Origin: an uncultured Acidimicrobiales bacterium
Lineage (GTDB): Bacteria > Actinomycetota > Acidimicrobiia > Acidimicrobiales > CAWCAL01
Assembly: GCA_963697385.1 (NCBI GenBank)
Contig: CAVONU010000004.1
Span: 963,915-1,027,914 of the forward strand
Direction: 5' to 3'
DNA length: 64,000 nt
Part shown: positions 37,694 to 47,718 of the stretch, one piece after another
How positions within the stretch are numbered: the first letter of the stretch is position 1
How the letters are laid out: each line of letters opens with the position of its first letter
Made by a program: the position numbers and the translations under genes
The notes under the pieces: generated by a model
Databases searched by the model: none
What the model saw: only the letters and a program-made list of their open reading frames with translations
What the model was told of the DNA's origin: nothing

Positions 37694-38307
37694 TCGGGTC
37701 GCTGCGAGGTTCGGTGGTCGATCGCGACCCGGCCGGGGAGCTCCTGGTCGACGTCGGCGGCGTCGGCTACCGGGTTGCGGTCACGCCCACCACGCTGACC
37801 GACCTGGGTGCGCCGGGCACCGAGGTGTTCCTGTGGATCCACCACCACATCCGCGAAGACGCACAGGTGCTCTACGGATTCGCCGAGCGGGACGAGCGGG
37901 TCGTGTTCTCCACGCTGCTCCAAGCGCACGGGGTGGGCCCGTCCCTGGCCCTCAACATCCTGGCCGTGCACGACCCGGGCGGACTGCGTCGGATCGTCGC
38001 CGAGGAGGATGTCGGCGCTCTCTGCCTGGTCCCCGGCGTGGGCAAGAAGACCGCTACCCGCCTGCTCATCGAGCTGAAGGGCGCGCTGGACATGCCCGAT
38101 CTCGATCTCACGGCCACCAACGTCGGTCGGTCGCAGGACGGCGGCGACGTCGAGCCGCGCTCCCGCGCCACCGCCGAGGTGCGCGAGGCCCTGCTCGGCT
38201 TGGGCTACGGCGGCGACGAGGTGGTGGCCGTCCTGCGCGAGGTGCCGGCCGACCAGGAAGCGGCCGAGATGCTCAAAGACGCCCTCCAGCGCCTGGCCAC
38301 GTGGTAG
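37690..38307 (+). CDS. ruvA: Holliday junction branch migration complex subunit RuvA
   Basis: ATGA overlap with ruvC. MIGSLRGSVV...VDVGGVGYRV, HhH region LQAHGVGPSLALNIL...LVPGVGKKTATRL. Confidence 0.9.
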   Translation: MIGSLRGSVVDRDPAGELLVDVGGVGYRVAVTPTTLTDLGAPGTEVFLWIHHHIREDAQVLYGFAERDERVVFSTLLQAHGVGPSLALNILAVHDPGGLRRIVAEEDVGALCLVPGVGKKTATRLLIELKGALDMPDLDLTATNVGRSQDGGDVEPRSRATAEVREALLGLGYGGDEVVAVLREVPADQEAAEMLKDALQRLATW

Positions 38308-38316
38308 GCCGGCACC

Positions 38317-39369
38317 ATGCGTGACGAGATCCTGTCGGCCGAGCCCGTGGTCGAGGAGGAGATCGACGCCGGCGATCCGCTGTCCGCCGAGGGTGGGTTG
38401 CGGCCGCGGTCGCTGGCCGACTTCGTGGGTCAGCCCGAGCTGAAGAACCACCTGCGCATCGTGCTCGAGGCGGCCCGGCAGCGCAGCCAGGCGGTGGACC
38501 ACCTGCTGTTCGCCGGTCCTCCCGGCCTGGGCAAGACCACGCTGGCGGGCATCGTCGCGGCCGAGATGGGCGTGGTCCTCCACGTCACCTCGGGTCCGGC
38601 GCTGGAGCGGGCCGGCGACCTGGCCGCCATCCTCAGCAAGCTCGAGGACGGCGACGTGCTGTTCATCGACGAGATCCACCGGCTGTCCCGGGCCGTCGAG
38701 GAGGTGCTGTATCCGGCGATGGAGGACTTCGAGCTGGACATCCTGGTGGGCAAGGGACCCGCCGCCAGTTCGATCCGGATGTCGCTGGCGCGCTTCACCC
38801 TGGTCGGCGCCACGACCCGCACGGGGCTCATCACCGGACCGCTCCGGGACCGGTTCGGCCTGGTGGCCCGCCTCGAGTACTACGACGCCGTCGACCTGGA
38901 GTCCATCGTCATCCGTGCCGCCGGCATCCTCGGCGTCCCGGTCGACCCCGACGGGGCGCGCGAGATCGCCCGTCGGGCCCGGGGCACGCCACGCATCGCC
39001 AATCGGCTCCTGCGTCGGGTTCAGGACTACGCCGAGGTCGATGGGAGCGGCACCGTCGACCAGGCCACCGCGCAGGAGGGACTCGCCATCTTCGGTGTCG
39101 ACGACCTGGGCCTGGACAAGGTCGACCGGGCCATCATCGGTGCGCTCTGCCGCCGCTTCGGGGGCGGACCGGTGGGTCTGTCCACGCTGGCGATCAGCGT
39201 CAGCGAACCCACCGAGACCGTCGAGGACGTCTACGAGCCGTTCCTGATCCAGCAGGGACTGTTGATGCGCACCCCGCGGGGCCGCGTCGCCACCGAGGCG
39301 GCCTGGTCGCATCTGGGGCTCAACGCACCGGTGCGGGCACCCGGCTCGGATCCGTCGCTGTTCGAGTGA
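38317..39369 (+). CDS. ruvB: Holliday junction DNA helicase RuvB
   Basis: [12 protein letters not shown], Walker [12 protein letters not shown], Walker [24 protein letters not shown]. Confidence 0.95.
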   Translation: MRDEILSAEPVVEEEIDAGDPLSAEGGLRPRSLADFVGQPELKNHLRIVLEAARQRSQAVDHLLFAGPPGLGKTTLAGIVAAEMGVVLHVTSGPALERAGDLAAILSKLEDGDVLFIDEIHRLSRAVEEVLYPAMEDFELDILVGKGPAASSIRMSLARFTLVGATTRTGLITGPLRDRFGLVARLEYYDAVDLESIVIRAAGILGVPVDPDGAREIARRARGTPRIANRLLRRVQDYAEVDGSGTVDQATAQEGLAIFGVDDLGLDKVDRAIIGALCRRFGGGPVGLSTLAISVSEPTETVEDVYEPFLIQQGLLMRTPRGRVATEAAWSHLGLNAPVRAPGSDPSLFE

Positions 39370-40379
39370 TGCGGACCGACCGGTTCGACTACCACCTGCC
39401 GCCCGACCGCATCGCACAGGAACCGGCGGCGGTGCGGGACCAGGCGCTTCTGCTGGTCGACCGTGGGCCCGACCTCGCCCCCCTGCATCGGCGAGTCACC
39501 GACCTTCCCGGTCATCTGGCCGCCGGCGACCTCGTGGTGGTCAACGACACCCGGGTGCGCCACGCCCGGCTCGCCCTGCGCAAGCCCTCGGGCGGCGCGG
39601 CCGAGGTGCTGTTGCTGCGCCCGCTCGGTGACGGACGGTGGGAAGCCCTGATCGGGGCCAACCGTCGGGTCGAGCCCGGTGTCCACCTGACCAGCGACGA
39701 CGACCCCACCCTGATCGTCGAAGCCCTCGACGATCTGGGCGAGGGACGCCGGCTGGTGCGGGTCGAGGGGCTCGGATCCGACCCCGAGGCCCGACTCGAG
39801 CACGTGGGCCGGCTGCCCCTGCCCCCGTACATCACGGTGCCGGTGGCCGACGACCAGCGCTACCAGACGGTCTACGCCCGGCAGCCCGGATCGGCGGCGG
39901 CGCCGACGGCCGGACTGCACCTCACCCCTGATCTCCTCGACCGCATCGAGGATGCCGGTGCATCGGTGGCGGCGATCCAGCTCGATGTCGGGCTGGCGAC
40001 GTTCCGTCCCATCGCCAGCGACGACATCGCCGATCACACGATGCACACCGAGCGGTACCGGATCGCGTCGGACGTGTGGGACCGGGTCGGCGCGGCCCGG
40101 CGGGTCGTGGCCATCGGGACCACGACGGTGCGCGCCCTCGAGTCGGCGGCGGTCACCGGGGTGCTCGACGGCAAGAGCTCGCTGTTCATCACTCCGGGGT
40201 TCGACTGGCGGGTGGTCGACGTGCTGATGACCAACTTCCACCTGCCGCGGTCGTCTCTCCTGGTGCTGGTCGAGGCGTTCGTCGGGTCCCGCTGGCGAGC
40301 GCTGTACACCGAGGCGTTGGCCCGCGACTACCGGTTCCTGTCGTTCGGCGACACGATGCTCCTGGAGCGCAGCCCGTGA
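39366..40379 (+). CDS. queA: tRNA preQ1(34) S-adenosylmethionine ribosyltransferase-isomerase
   Basis: [58 protein letters not shown]. Confidence 0.9.
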   Translation: MMRTDRFDYHLPPDRIAQEPAAVRDQALLLVDRGPDLAPLHRRVTDLPGHLAAGDLVVVNDTRVRHARLALRKPSGGAAEVLLLRPLGDGRWEALIGANRRVEPGVHLTSDDDPTLIVEALDDLGEGRRLVRVEGLGSDPEARLEHVGRLPLPPYITVPVADDQRYQTVYARQPGSAAAPTAGLHLTPDLLDRIEDAGASVAAIQLDVGLATFRPIASDDIADHTMHTERYRIASDVWDRVGAARRVVAIGTTTVRALESAAVTGVLDGKSSLFITPGFDWRVVDVLMTNFHLPRSSLLVLVEAFVGSRWRALYTEALARDYRFLSFGDTMLLERSP

Positions 40380-41494
40380 CGCTCTCGCTCCGGTTGGGCG
40401 CCTCCGACGGCGCGGCTCGCGCCGGGGTCATCACCACGGCGCACAACGAGATCCCGACCCCCATGTTCATGCCGGTCGGGACCAGGGGGTCGGTGCGCAC
40501 GGTGGACTCGGCCGATCTCGAGGGACTCGACGCCCCGATCATCCTGGGGAACACCTATCACCTGATGCTGCGGCCGGGCGCTGATGTCGTCGCCGACCTC
40601 GGTGGCCTGCACGGCTTCATGGATTGGCATGGCTCGGTGCTCACCGATTCGGGCGGCTATCAGATCTTCTCGCTCGAGCCGAAGATCACCGACGAAGGGG
40701 CCACGTTCCGGTCGACCTACGACGGCACCACCCACCTGCTCACCCCCGAGTCGGCCGTGGACATCCAGGTAGCGCTCGGCAGCGACATCCAGATGGTGCT
40801 CGACGTCTGCTCACCGCTCCCGGCGCCACGAGCCGTGCTGGCCGACGCCGTCGATCAGACCGCTCGGTGGGCCGAACGGGCCCGGCGTCGGTTCCTGCAC
40901 CATCGGGCCGAGGGATTCGTGCACGGGGTCCCGCTCAACCAGTTCGGGATCGTCCAGGGCGGCGTCGATCCCGACCTGCGTCGCGACAGTGCCCGCCGGA
41001 CCGTCGAGATCGGCTTCGAGGGCTACGCCGTCGGCGGGCTCTCGGTGGGGGAGGAGCGCAACCTGCTGTTCGACGCGCTCGATGCCGTCATCGACCAGCT
41101 GCCGGCCGACCGGCCCCGCTACCTGATGGGCGTCGGCGACCCGATCGGCATCATCGAGTCCGTCGCCCGTGGCATCGACATCTTCGACTGTGTCCTTCCC
41201 ACCCGCCTGGCCCGTCACGGGACGGCGCTGACCGACCGCGGTCGGCTCAATGTGAGCCGAGCCGAGTACCTCCGTAGCGACGAGGCGCTGGCCGACGGCG
41301 GCCCGGCGGCTCGCTACTCGCTGGGGTATCTCCGGCACCTGTTCAAGGTCGGAGAGGCCAGCGCGTCCCGGCTGTTGACCCTGCACAATCTCTGGTGGCT
41401 GCTCGGTCTGGTCCGACGGGCGCGGTCGGCCATCGAGGACGGCACGTTCGAGACATTGCGGGGGGACATCCACCAGGTGTGGGATGCCGACTAA
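40376..41494 (+). CDS. tgt: queuine/preQ1 tRNA-ribosyltransferase
   Basis: GTGA overlap with queA. TPMFMPVGTRGSV, LGNTYHL, TDSGGYQIFSL, QGG, YLMGVGDP, FDCVLPTR. Confidence 0.9.
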   Translation: MTLSLRLGASDGAARAGVITTAHNEIPTPMFMPVGTRGSVRTVDSADLEGLDAPIILGNTYHLMLRPGADVVADLGGLHGFMDWHGSVLTDSGGYQIFSLEPKITDEGATFRSTYDGTTHLLTPESAVDIQVALGSDIQMVLDVCSPLPAPRAVLADAVDQTARWAERARRRFLHHRAEGFVHGVPLNQFGIVQGGVDPDLRRDSARRTVEIGFEGYAVGGLSVGEERNLLFDALDAVIDQLPADRPRYLMGVGDPIGIIESVARGIDIFDCVLPTRLARHGTALTDRGRLNVSRAEYLRSDEALADGGPAARYSLGYLRHLFKVGEASASRLLTLHNLWWLLGLVRRARSAIEDGTFETLRGDIHQVWDAD

Positions 41495-41529
41495 CCTTCC
41501 CAGGTCCCACACCCGACCCCCCGCCCGGA

Positions 41530-41826
41530 ATGACGCAACTCATCGTCTTCGCCGCATTGATCGGCCTCATGTACGTGATGCTGATCCTGCCGCAGCAGCG
41601 GCGGGTCAAGCGGCATCAGGAATTGATCGCGTCGCTGGAACCCGGTGACGAGGTGATGACCACGGCCGGCGTCTACGGCACGCTCACCTCGATCGAGGGG
41701 GACACGGCCACGCTGCTGGTCTCTCCGTCGATCGAGATGAAGATCGCCATCGGGTCGGTCGGCCAGTTGGTCGGCGACGAGTCCGACGACGAGGACGGCG
41801 CCGCCGACGAGGACGACATCGCGTGA
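41530..41826 (+). CDS. yajC: preprotein translocase subunit YajC
   Basis: ATG 41530. TM start, then LPQQRRVKRHQELIASLEPGDEVMTTAGVYG. Confidence 0.85.
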   Translation: MTQLIVFAALIGLMYVMLILPQQRRVKRHQELIASLEPGDEVMTTAGVYGTLTSIEGDTATLLVSPSIEMKIAIGSVGQLVGDESDDEDGAADEDDIA

Positions 41827-43568
41827 GCGCCGGACAGTCAGATCACGGGCGCAAGCGCCTGATCTTCATCGTCGGCGCCACCATCGTCGGCATCGTCGTC
41901 ACCCTCGTGGCGGGCTGGACGCCGCTGTTGGGCCTCGACCTCCAGGGTGGGGCCTCGGTCGTGCTGGAACCGGTCGTGCGTGAGGGCGAGGACGCCGAGA
42001 TCACCGACGAGGCGCTGGACCAGACCATCGAGATCATCCGCAACCGGGTCGACGGGTTGGGCGTGGCCGAACCCGAGATCCGCCGCCAGGGCGACGCCGT
42101 CCAGATTCAGCTTCCCGGCGTCGAGAACCAGGCCCGTGCGCTGGAGCTGGTCGGCACCACCGCAGAGTTGCGTTTCCGGCCCGTGCTGTCGGTGACCCAG
42201 ACCGCCGGATTGGGTGAGCCGGTCCTGCTGGCCGATCTGTTCCCCGAGGACGGCACGCCCACCGGCTCCACCACCAGCTCGACCACGTCGACCACCACGA
42301 CCTCGACGACCACCACGTCGGTCCCCGCATCGGAGACCACCGTGGCCCCCACCACCACGACCCTGCCCGACGGCAACGAGCTGACCGAGGCCGAGCTGCG
42401 CGAACTGGACGACCAGCAGCTGTTCCAGCTGTCGCTGGAGCAGGCCGAGACGCTGAGCGACGACCAGTCCGCGTTGATCGAGAACATCCTCGAGGAACGG
42501 GCCCAGGAGCAGATCGACGCCATCCTCGACGAGGTCACCCGGCCCGAGGACGACCAGGCCGACCAGGTCGTGCTCCTGCCCGAGGTGGTCGACGGCGAGG
42601 TCGTCGCGCTCTACACCCTCGGTCCCACCGTCCTCACCGGTGAGGCGCTGGAGACGGCCAGCTTCTCCCAGCAAGCGATCGGTTCATGGCAGGTGAACCC
42701 GGTCTTCAAGGGCGGCGACGACGGCATCGGCCTGTTCAACGCTGCCTCGGCCACCTGCTTCGGCGGGGCCAACCCCGAGTGCCCGGCCCAGCCCGGCGGG
42801 ACCAACGGGCAGCTCGCCATCGTGCTCGACTCGGTCGTGGTCTCCGCCCCGGAGATCAACGCCGGAAGCTTCGATCGCGATCAGATCCAGATCTCGGGCA
42901 GTTTCGGCCGGGACGAAGCCGACGACCTGTCGCTCCAGCTCCGGTACGGCGCCCTGCCCATCGAGCTGGCGCCCCAGAGCGTCGACTCGGTGTCGGCCTC
43001 GCTCGGCAACGACGCGCTGCGTGCCGGGATCATCGCCGGCATCGTCGGTCTGATCCTGGTGGCGACCTACATGATCGCCTACTACCGCCTGTTGGGCGTC
43101 GTGGCCGTGCTCAGCCTCATCATCTCCAGCACGCTGCTCTGGGTCATCATCTCCTTCCTGGGCAGTACGCAGGGGCTGGCGCTCACGCTGGCCGGCGTGA
43201 CCGGCATCATCGTGTCGATCGGTGTCTCGCTGGACTCCAATGTGGTCTATTTCGAGCATCTCAAGGAAGACGTCCGCAACGGCCGGACCCTGCGGACCTC
43301 GGTCGAGCGCAGCTTCACGTCGGCGTTCAGCACGATCGTGAAGGCCGACGTCGCGTCCCTGATCGCGGCCGGTGTGCTCTGGTTCCTGACCGTTGGTGCG
43401 GTGAGGGGTTTCGCGTTCTACCTGGGTCTCGCCACGCTGCTCGACCTGCTGGTCTCGTACTTCTTCATGGGGCCGGCGGTGCAGATCCTGGGCACCAATC
43501 CGAAGTACTTCGACCGCCCCAAGGTGTTCGGCATGCCCGAGCCCCGATCCGATGAGGCGGTGGCCTGA
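41823..43568 (+). CDS. secD: protein translocase subunit SecD
   Basis: LGLDLQGGASVVLE, IIRNRVDGLGVAEPEI, C-terminal 5-TM RND-like half. Contains a Thr/Ser-rich insertion (GSTTSSTTSTTTTSTTTTS). Confidence 0.9.
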   Translation: MSAGQSDHGRKRLIFIVGATIVGIVVTLVAGWTPLLGLDLQGGASVVLEPVVREGEDAEITDEALDQTIEIIRNRVDGLGVAEPEIRRQGDAVQIQLPGVENQARALELVGTTAELRFRPVLSVTQTAGLGEPVLLADLFPEDGTPTGSTTSSTTSTTTTSTTTTSVPASETTVAPTTTTLPDGNELTEAELRELDDQQLFQLSLEQAETLSDDQSALIENILEERAQEQIDAILDEVTRPEDDQADQVVLLPEVVDGEVVALYTLGPTVLTGEALETASFSQQAIGSWQVNPVFKGGDDGIGLFNAASATCFGGANPECPAQPGGTNGQLAIVLDSVVVSAPEINAGSFDRDQIQISGSFGRDEADDLSLQLRYGALPIELAPQSVDSVSASLGNDALRAGIIAGIVGLILVATYMIAYYRLLGVVAVLSLIISSTLLWVIISFLGSTQGLALTLAGVTGIIVSIGVSLDSNVVYFEHLKEDVRNGRTLRTSVERSFTSAFSTIVKADVASLIAAGVLWFLTVGAVRGFAFYLGLATLLDLLVSYFFMGPAVQILGTNPKYFDRPKVFGMPEPRSDEAVA

Positions 43569-44632
43569 TGTTCTCCAAGTACTACCGCGGCGACGCCAAC
43601 ATCGACTTCAAGAAGCTGTGGCCGAAGGCCCTCGCTCTCTCGCTGTTGCTGGTGACACTCAGCGTCGGTTCGTTCTTCGTGCGCGGTCTCAACCTGGGGA
43701 TCGACTTCGAGGGCGGCGGTGTCTGGGAGGTCCCCGACGAGACCAGCTCCGTGTCCGATGTCCGCGACGCCCTGCCCAGCGGAAAGCAGGACGCCAAGAT
43801 CCAGGTCGTGACCGGCACCGAGGGCCGGCGCATCCGCGTGCAGTCCGACCTCGAGGAACTGGGACCCGAGTCCGAGTCCGTCACTCTGGCGCTGGCCGAT
43901 CAGGCCGGCGTCGACCCCGGCGAAGTGAGTGTCAGCCTGGTGGGTCCGTCGTGGGGCGAGGAGATCACCAGACGGACCTTCGAGTCGCTGGTGGCGTTCT
44001 TCGTGCTGGTGGCGATCTACATCGCATGGCGCCTGGAATGGAAGATGGCCGTCGGCGCGCTGGTCGCAGTGGCCCACGACATCATCATCTCGGTGGGCGT
44101 CTACTCGATCTTCCAGCTCGAGGTCACGCCGGCCACCGCCATTGCCTTCCTGACCATCATGGGCTACTCGCTCTACGACACGATCGTCGTCTACGACAAG
44201 GTCCGGGTGAACGAGGCTCGGGTGGGCCACAAGGGCCGTCACACCTACGCCGACCTGATGAGCTTGTCGATGAACCAGGTCATGATGCGCTCGATCAACA
44301 CGACGTTCACGTCGGTGATCCCGGTCCTGTCGATGCTGCTGGTGGGGTCGCTCCTGCTGGGCGCCGCAACCCTCCAGGAGTTCTCGGTGGCGCTGCTGAT
44401 CGGCTTGTTGGTCGGTGGCTACTCGTCGATCTTCGTCGCGGCACCGGTCGTCGTCGCCCTCAAGGAGCGCGAGCCCCGCTACCGCGAGGCGAAAGCCAAG
44501 GCCAAGGCCACCGGCGAGGCCGAGTCCATCGTGACCTCCACCTCGGACGGCGACGACCGCACCGCACCGAGCCCTGCGGCCGGAGGGACGCTCATCCAGC
44601 CCAAGGCCCGCAAGAAGGGCCGGCGGCGCTAG
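43568..44632 (+). CDS. secF: protein translocase subunit SecF
   Basis: NLGIDFEGG, RLEWKMAVGALVAVAHDIIISVG, YSLYDTIVVYDKVRE-like segment, SINTTFTS. Confidence 0.9.
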   Translation: MFSKYYRGDANIDFKKLWPKALALSLLLVTLSVGSFFVRGLNLGIDFEGGGVWEVPDETSSVSDVRDALPSGKQDAKIQVVTGTEGRRIRVQSDLEELGPESESVTLALADQAGVDPGEVSVSLVGPSWGEEITRRTFESLVAFFVLVAIYIAWRLEWKMAVGALVAVAHDIIISVGVYSIFQLEVTPATAIAFLTIMGYSLYDTIVVYDKVRVNEARVGHKGRHTYADLMSLSMNQVMMRSINTTFTSVIPVLSMLLVGSLLLGAATLQEFSVALLIGLLVGGYSSIFVAAPVVVALKEREPRYREAKAKAKATGEAESIVTSTSDGDDRTAPSPAAGGTLIQPKARKKGRRR

Positions 44633-44723
44633 GGCGGGGAGCCGTGGATCGGTGTCGGATCCGCCTGGGTACGCTGATCGGAGCATGATGGTCGAGACCT
44701 CCCTCCTGGACGAGCGCTGAACG

Positions 44724-46949
44724 GTGGCCACCGTCACCCGCGTCCTGCCGTGGCGCCGCAACGCCGACCCCGCCGCCGTTCAGGTTGCTCCGCTGGTGGC
44801 GGCGTTCCGCGCCCATCACGGGCACAAGCCCGACGACCGGATCGAGCGGGCCTATCGGTTGGCGTCGGAGGCGCACGAAGGCCAGTTCCGCAAGTCGGGT
44901 GAGCCGTACGTGCATCATCCGCTGGCGGTGGCCCACATCGTCGCCCAGCTGGGTCTGGACGAGACCACCATCGCTGCGGCGCTGCTCCACGACTCGGTCG
45001 AGGACACCGGCATCGAGCTCGACGACCTGCGCCAGCAGTTCGGTGACGACCTGGCCGAAATCGTCGACGGAGTCACCAAGCTCGAGCGGGTCAAGTTCGA
45101 CACCAAGGAGGCGCAGCAGGCCGCCACCATGCGAAAGATGCTGGTGGCGATGGCCAAGGACCTGCGGGTCATCATCATCAAGTTGGCCGACCGACTCCAC
45201 AACCTGCGGACCATCGCCGCCCTGCCCGACTGGAAGCAGACCCGTACCGCCCACGAGACCCTTGATGTCTATGCGCCGCTGGCCCACCGGCTGGGCATGC
45301 AGGAGATGAAGACCCAGCTCGAGGATCTGTCGTTCGCGGCCCTGCACCCCAAGCGATACGCCGAGATCGATCACATGATCCAGACCCGGTCACCGGAGCG
45401 CGACCTCTACGTCGAGCAGGTCGTGGGCATCGTGCAGGAGCGGCTGGCGCAGAGCAACGTCGATGCCGAGGTGACCGGTCGGCCCAAACACCTCTGGAGC
45501 ATCTACGAGAAGATGGTCGTGAAGGGTCGGGCCTTCGACGACATCTTCGATCTCGTCGGGATCCGGATCATCGTCTCGAACCTGCACGGCTGCTACGGGG
45601 CGCTCGGCGCCATCCACGGCCTCTGGAAGCCGGTTCAGGGCCGGTTCAAGGACTACATCGCCCACCCCAAGTTCAATCTGTACCAGTCCCTGCACACGAC
45701 GGTGATGGGGCCGCAGGGCAAGCCGCTCGAGGTGCAGATCCGCACCTCCGAGATGCACGGCCGGGCCGAGTTCGGGGTCGCGTCGCACTACGCCTACAAG
45801 GACAGCGACGTCACCGCCGACGGCACCTGGTTCGACCGCATCCTCGAGTGGGAGTCAGAGACCGAGGACCCCGGCCACTTCATGGCGAACCTCAAGCTGG
45901 ATCTGGACCAGGACGAGGTCTTCGTCTTCACCCCCAAGGGCGAGGTCGTGACCCTTCCCGTCGGGTCCACGCCCATCGACTTCGCCTACACGATCCATAC
46001 CGAGGTGGGTCACGCCTGTATCGGCGCCCGGGTGAACGGTCGGCTGGTCCCCCTGGAGACACAGCTGGTGTCGGGTGACACCGTCGAGATCTTCACGGCC
46101 AAGGGGCACGCCGGCGGGGGACCGTCGAGGGACTGGCTGGACATGGTGGCCACCCACCGGGCGGCCAACAAGATCAAGCAGTGGTTCTCGCGGGAGCGTC
46201 GTGAGGACATGGTGGCCGCAGGCCGCGACGACGTGATCAAGGCGATCCGTCGCGAAGGACTGCCGGTCCAGCGGATCACCAAGGGTCCGATGATGGCGGA
46301 CCTGGCCGAAGGCCTGAACTACGCCGATGTCGAGGCGCTGTTCGCCGCCGTCGGTGAGCGTCATGTGTCGGCCAACTCGGTCGCCGCCCGCGCGGCGAAG
46401 GCGCTTCGGGGCGGTGAGGACGGGAGCGAGGAACAGATCCCCACGACCGCCCGATCTCCCCGGAAGGGCCGACGGACCCGAGCCACCACCCACGGGGTGC
46501 ACGTCGAGGGCCTCGACGACCTTCTGGTGCGGCTCTCCAAGTGCTGCACGCCGGTGCCGGGGGACGAGATCATCGGTTTCGTCACCCGCGGACGGGGTGT
46601 CTCGGTGCACCGGGCGGACTGCGCCAACGCCGTCTCGCTCAGCGACGGGCAGGCCGATCGGGTCATCGACGTCGAGTGGGACGACGACAGCGAGGGAACG
46701 TTCGTGGCGTCGATCGAGATCAAGGCGCTTGACCGCTCCGGCCTCTTGGGTGACGTCACCACCACGCTGACCGATCATCACGTCAACATCGTGGCCGCCA
46801 ACACCGCCACCGGCGGCGACCGGGTGTCGACGATGCGGTTCGAATTCGAGCTGGGCGACCCCGGCCATCTCGACTCGCTGATCGCCGCGGTCAAGGGCAT
46901 CGAGAGCGTCTACGACGCGTACCGGGTGGTGCCGGGCAAGGGCGGGTGA
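44724..46949 (+). CDS. relA: bifunctional (p)ppGpp synthetase/hydrolase (long RSH)
   Basis: HD domain HHPLAVAHIVAQLGLDETTIAAALLHDSVEDT, synthetase RPKHLWSIYEKM...DLVGIRII...YQSLHTTV, TGS (VFVFTPKGEVVTLP), C-terminal ACT-like domain ending YDAYRVVPGKGG. Confidence 0.95.
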   Translation: MATVTRVLPWRRNADPAAVQVAPLVAAFRAHHGHKPDDRIERAYRLASEAHEGQFRKSGEPYVHHPLAVAHIVAQLGLDETTIAAALLHDSVEDTGIELDDLRQQFGDDLAEIVDGVTKLERVKFDTKEAQQAATMRKMLVAMAKDLRVIIIKLADRLHNLRTIAALPDWKQTRTAHETLDVYAPLAHRLGMQEMKTQLEDLSFAALHPKRYAEIDHMIQTRSPERDLYVEQVVGIVQERLAQSNVDAEVTGRPKHLWSIYEKMVVKGRAFDDIFDLVGIRIIVSNLHGCYGALGAIHGLWKPVQGRFKDYIAHPKFNLYQSLHTTVMGPQGKPLEVQIRTSEMHGRAEFGVASHYAYKDSDVTADGTWFDRILEWESETEDPGHFMANLKLDLDQDEVFVFTPKGEVVTLPVGSTPIDFAYTIHTEVGHACIGARVNGRLVPLETQLVSGDTVEIFTAKGHAGGGPSRDWLDMVATHRAANKIKQWFSRERREDMVAAGRDDVIKAIRREGLPVQRITKGPMMADLAEGLNYADVEALFAAVGERHVSANSVAARAAKALRGGEDGSEEQIPTTARSPRKGRRTRATTHGVHVEGLDDLLVRLSKCCTPVPGDEIIGFVTRGRGVSVHRADCANAVSLSDGQADRVIDVEWDDDSEGTFVASIEIKALDRSGLLGDVTTTLTDHHVNIVAANTATGGDRVSTMRFEFELGDPGHLDSLIAAVKGIESVYDAYRVVPGKGG

Positions 46950-47104
46950 GCTACGACCAGGTCACCGTGGCCCGCCCCACCGACGCCCTGGAGGCCGCGA
47001 TCGACGGCAATCTTCCTGGCCGAGGCCGCCTGTCGAGTTCGGCCGAGCCTGCCTTTGCCCCGGTGCTAGCTTGGCTCGCGGTCCGCTAGTGGGGGTATGG
47101 GATA

Positions 47105-47635
47105 GTGCGAGTTCGGGTCTCTGTTGTGTTGCTGGCCGCCGCTGTGGTCCTCGTCGGTGCGTGTTCGGACGATGACGACGACACCGACGGGGCGGCAACG
47201 ACCACGACCACGACCAAGACCGAGGCCACCACTGCCAGCGGTGACGACGGTGGTGGCGGATCGGTCAGCGTCGTGCTGGCGGACCCCTTCGCCGGGCGGG
47301 TGGAGTTCGCCGTGGAACCGGATCCGTCGTCGGCCGTGGCTGGCAAGGTCGAGCTCGTGGCCGAGAACGTGGGCGGGGACGTTCACGAGTTGGTGATCGT
47401 GAAGGGTGACGATCCTGCGTCGCTTCCGGTTGACGGAAACGGCGTGGTGATCGAGGACGATCTCCCCGCGGGCGACTTTGTTGGCGTGATCCCACTGGTC
47501 GATCCCGGTGCCGAAGCGTCGGCGTCGTTCGATCTCGATGCCGGGAGTTACATCCTCTTCTGCAACATCTTTACGCTCGGAACCGGCGACAGCCACTTCC
47601 AGGAAGGCATGGTGAGCACTTTCACCGTGACCTAA
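47105..47635 (+). CDS. lipoprotein with cupredoxin_1-like domain (cassette 1)
   Basis: GTG 47105. Lipobox VLVGACS, acidic/Thr linker. Candidate type-1 Cu ligands DVHELV ... SYILFCNIFTLGTGDSHFQEGM. Confidence 0.6.
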   Translation: MRVRVSVVLLAAAVVLVGACSDDDDDTDGAATTTTTTKTEATTASGDDGGGGSVSVVLADPFAGRVEFAVEPDPSSAVAGKVELVAENVGGDVHELVIVKGDDPASLPVDGNGVVIEDDLPAGDFVGVIPLVDPGAEASASFDLDAGSYILFCNIFTLGTGDSHFQEGMVSTFTVT

Positions 47636-47718
47636 CCGATCCTGGACGGGCTCGGCGAACTGCTCGGCTCCACCAGCCCGCGGAGAGATCCGAATCGCCA
47701 TGGCCATCCAGTAGGGAC

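Noticed and set aside
44685-44720. An 11-codon uORF (MMVETSLLDER*) ending 3 nt before the relA GTG.
   Set aside because: It has no convincing RBS, and a short open frame is expected by chance. I cannot assess conservation, so it is not reported as a feature.
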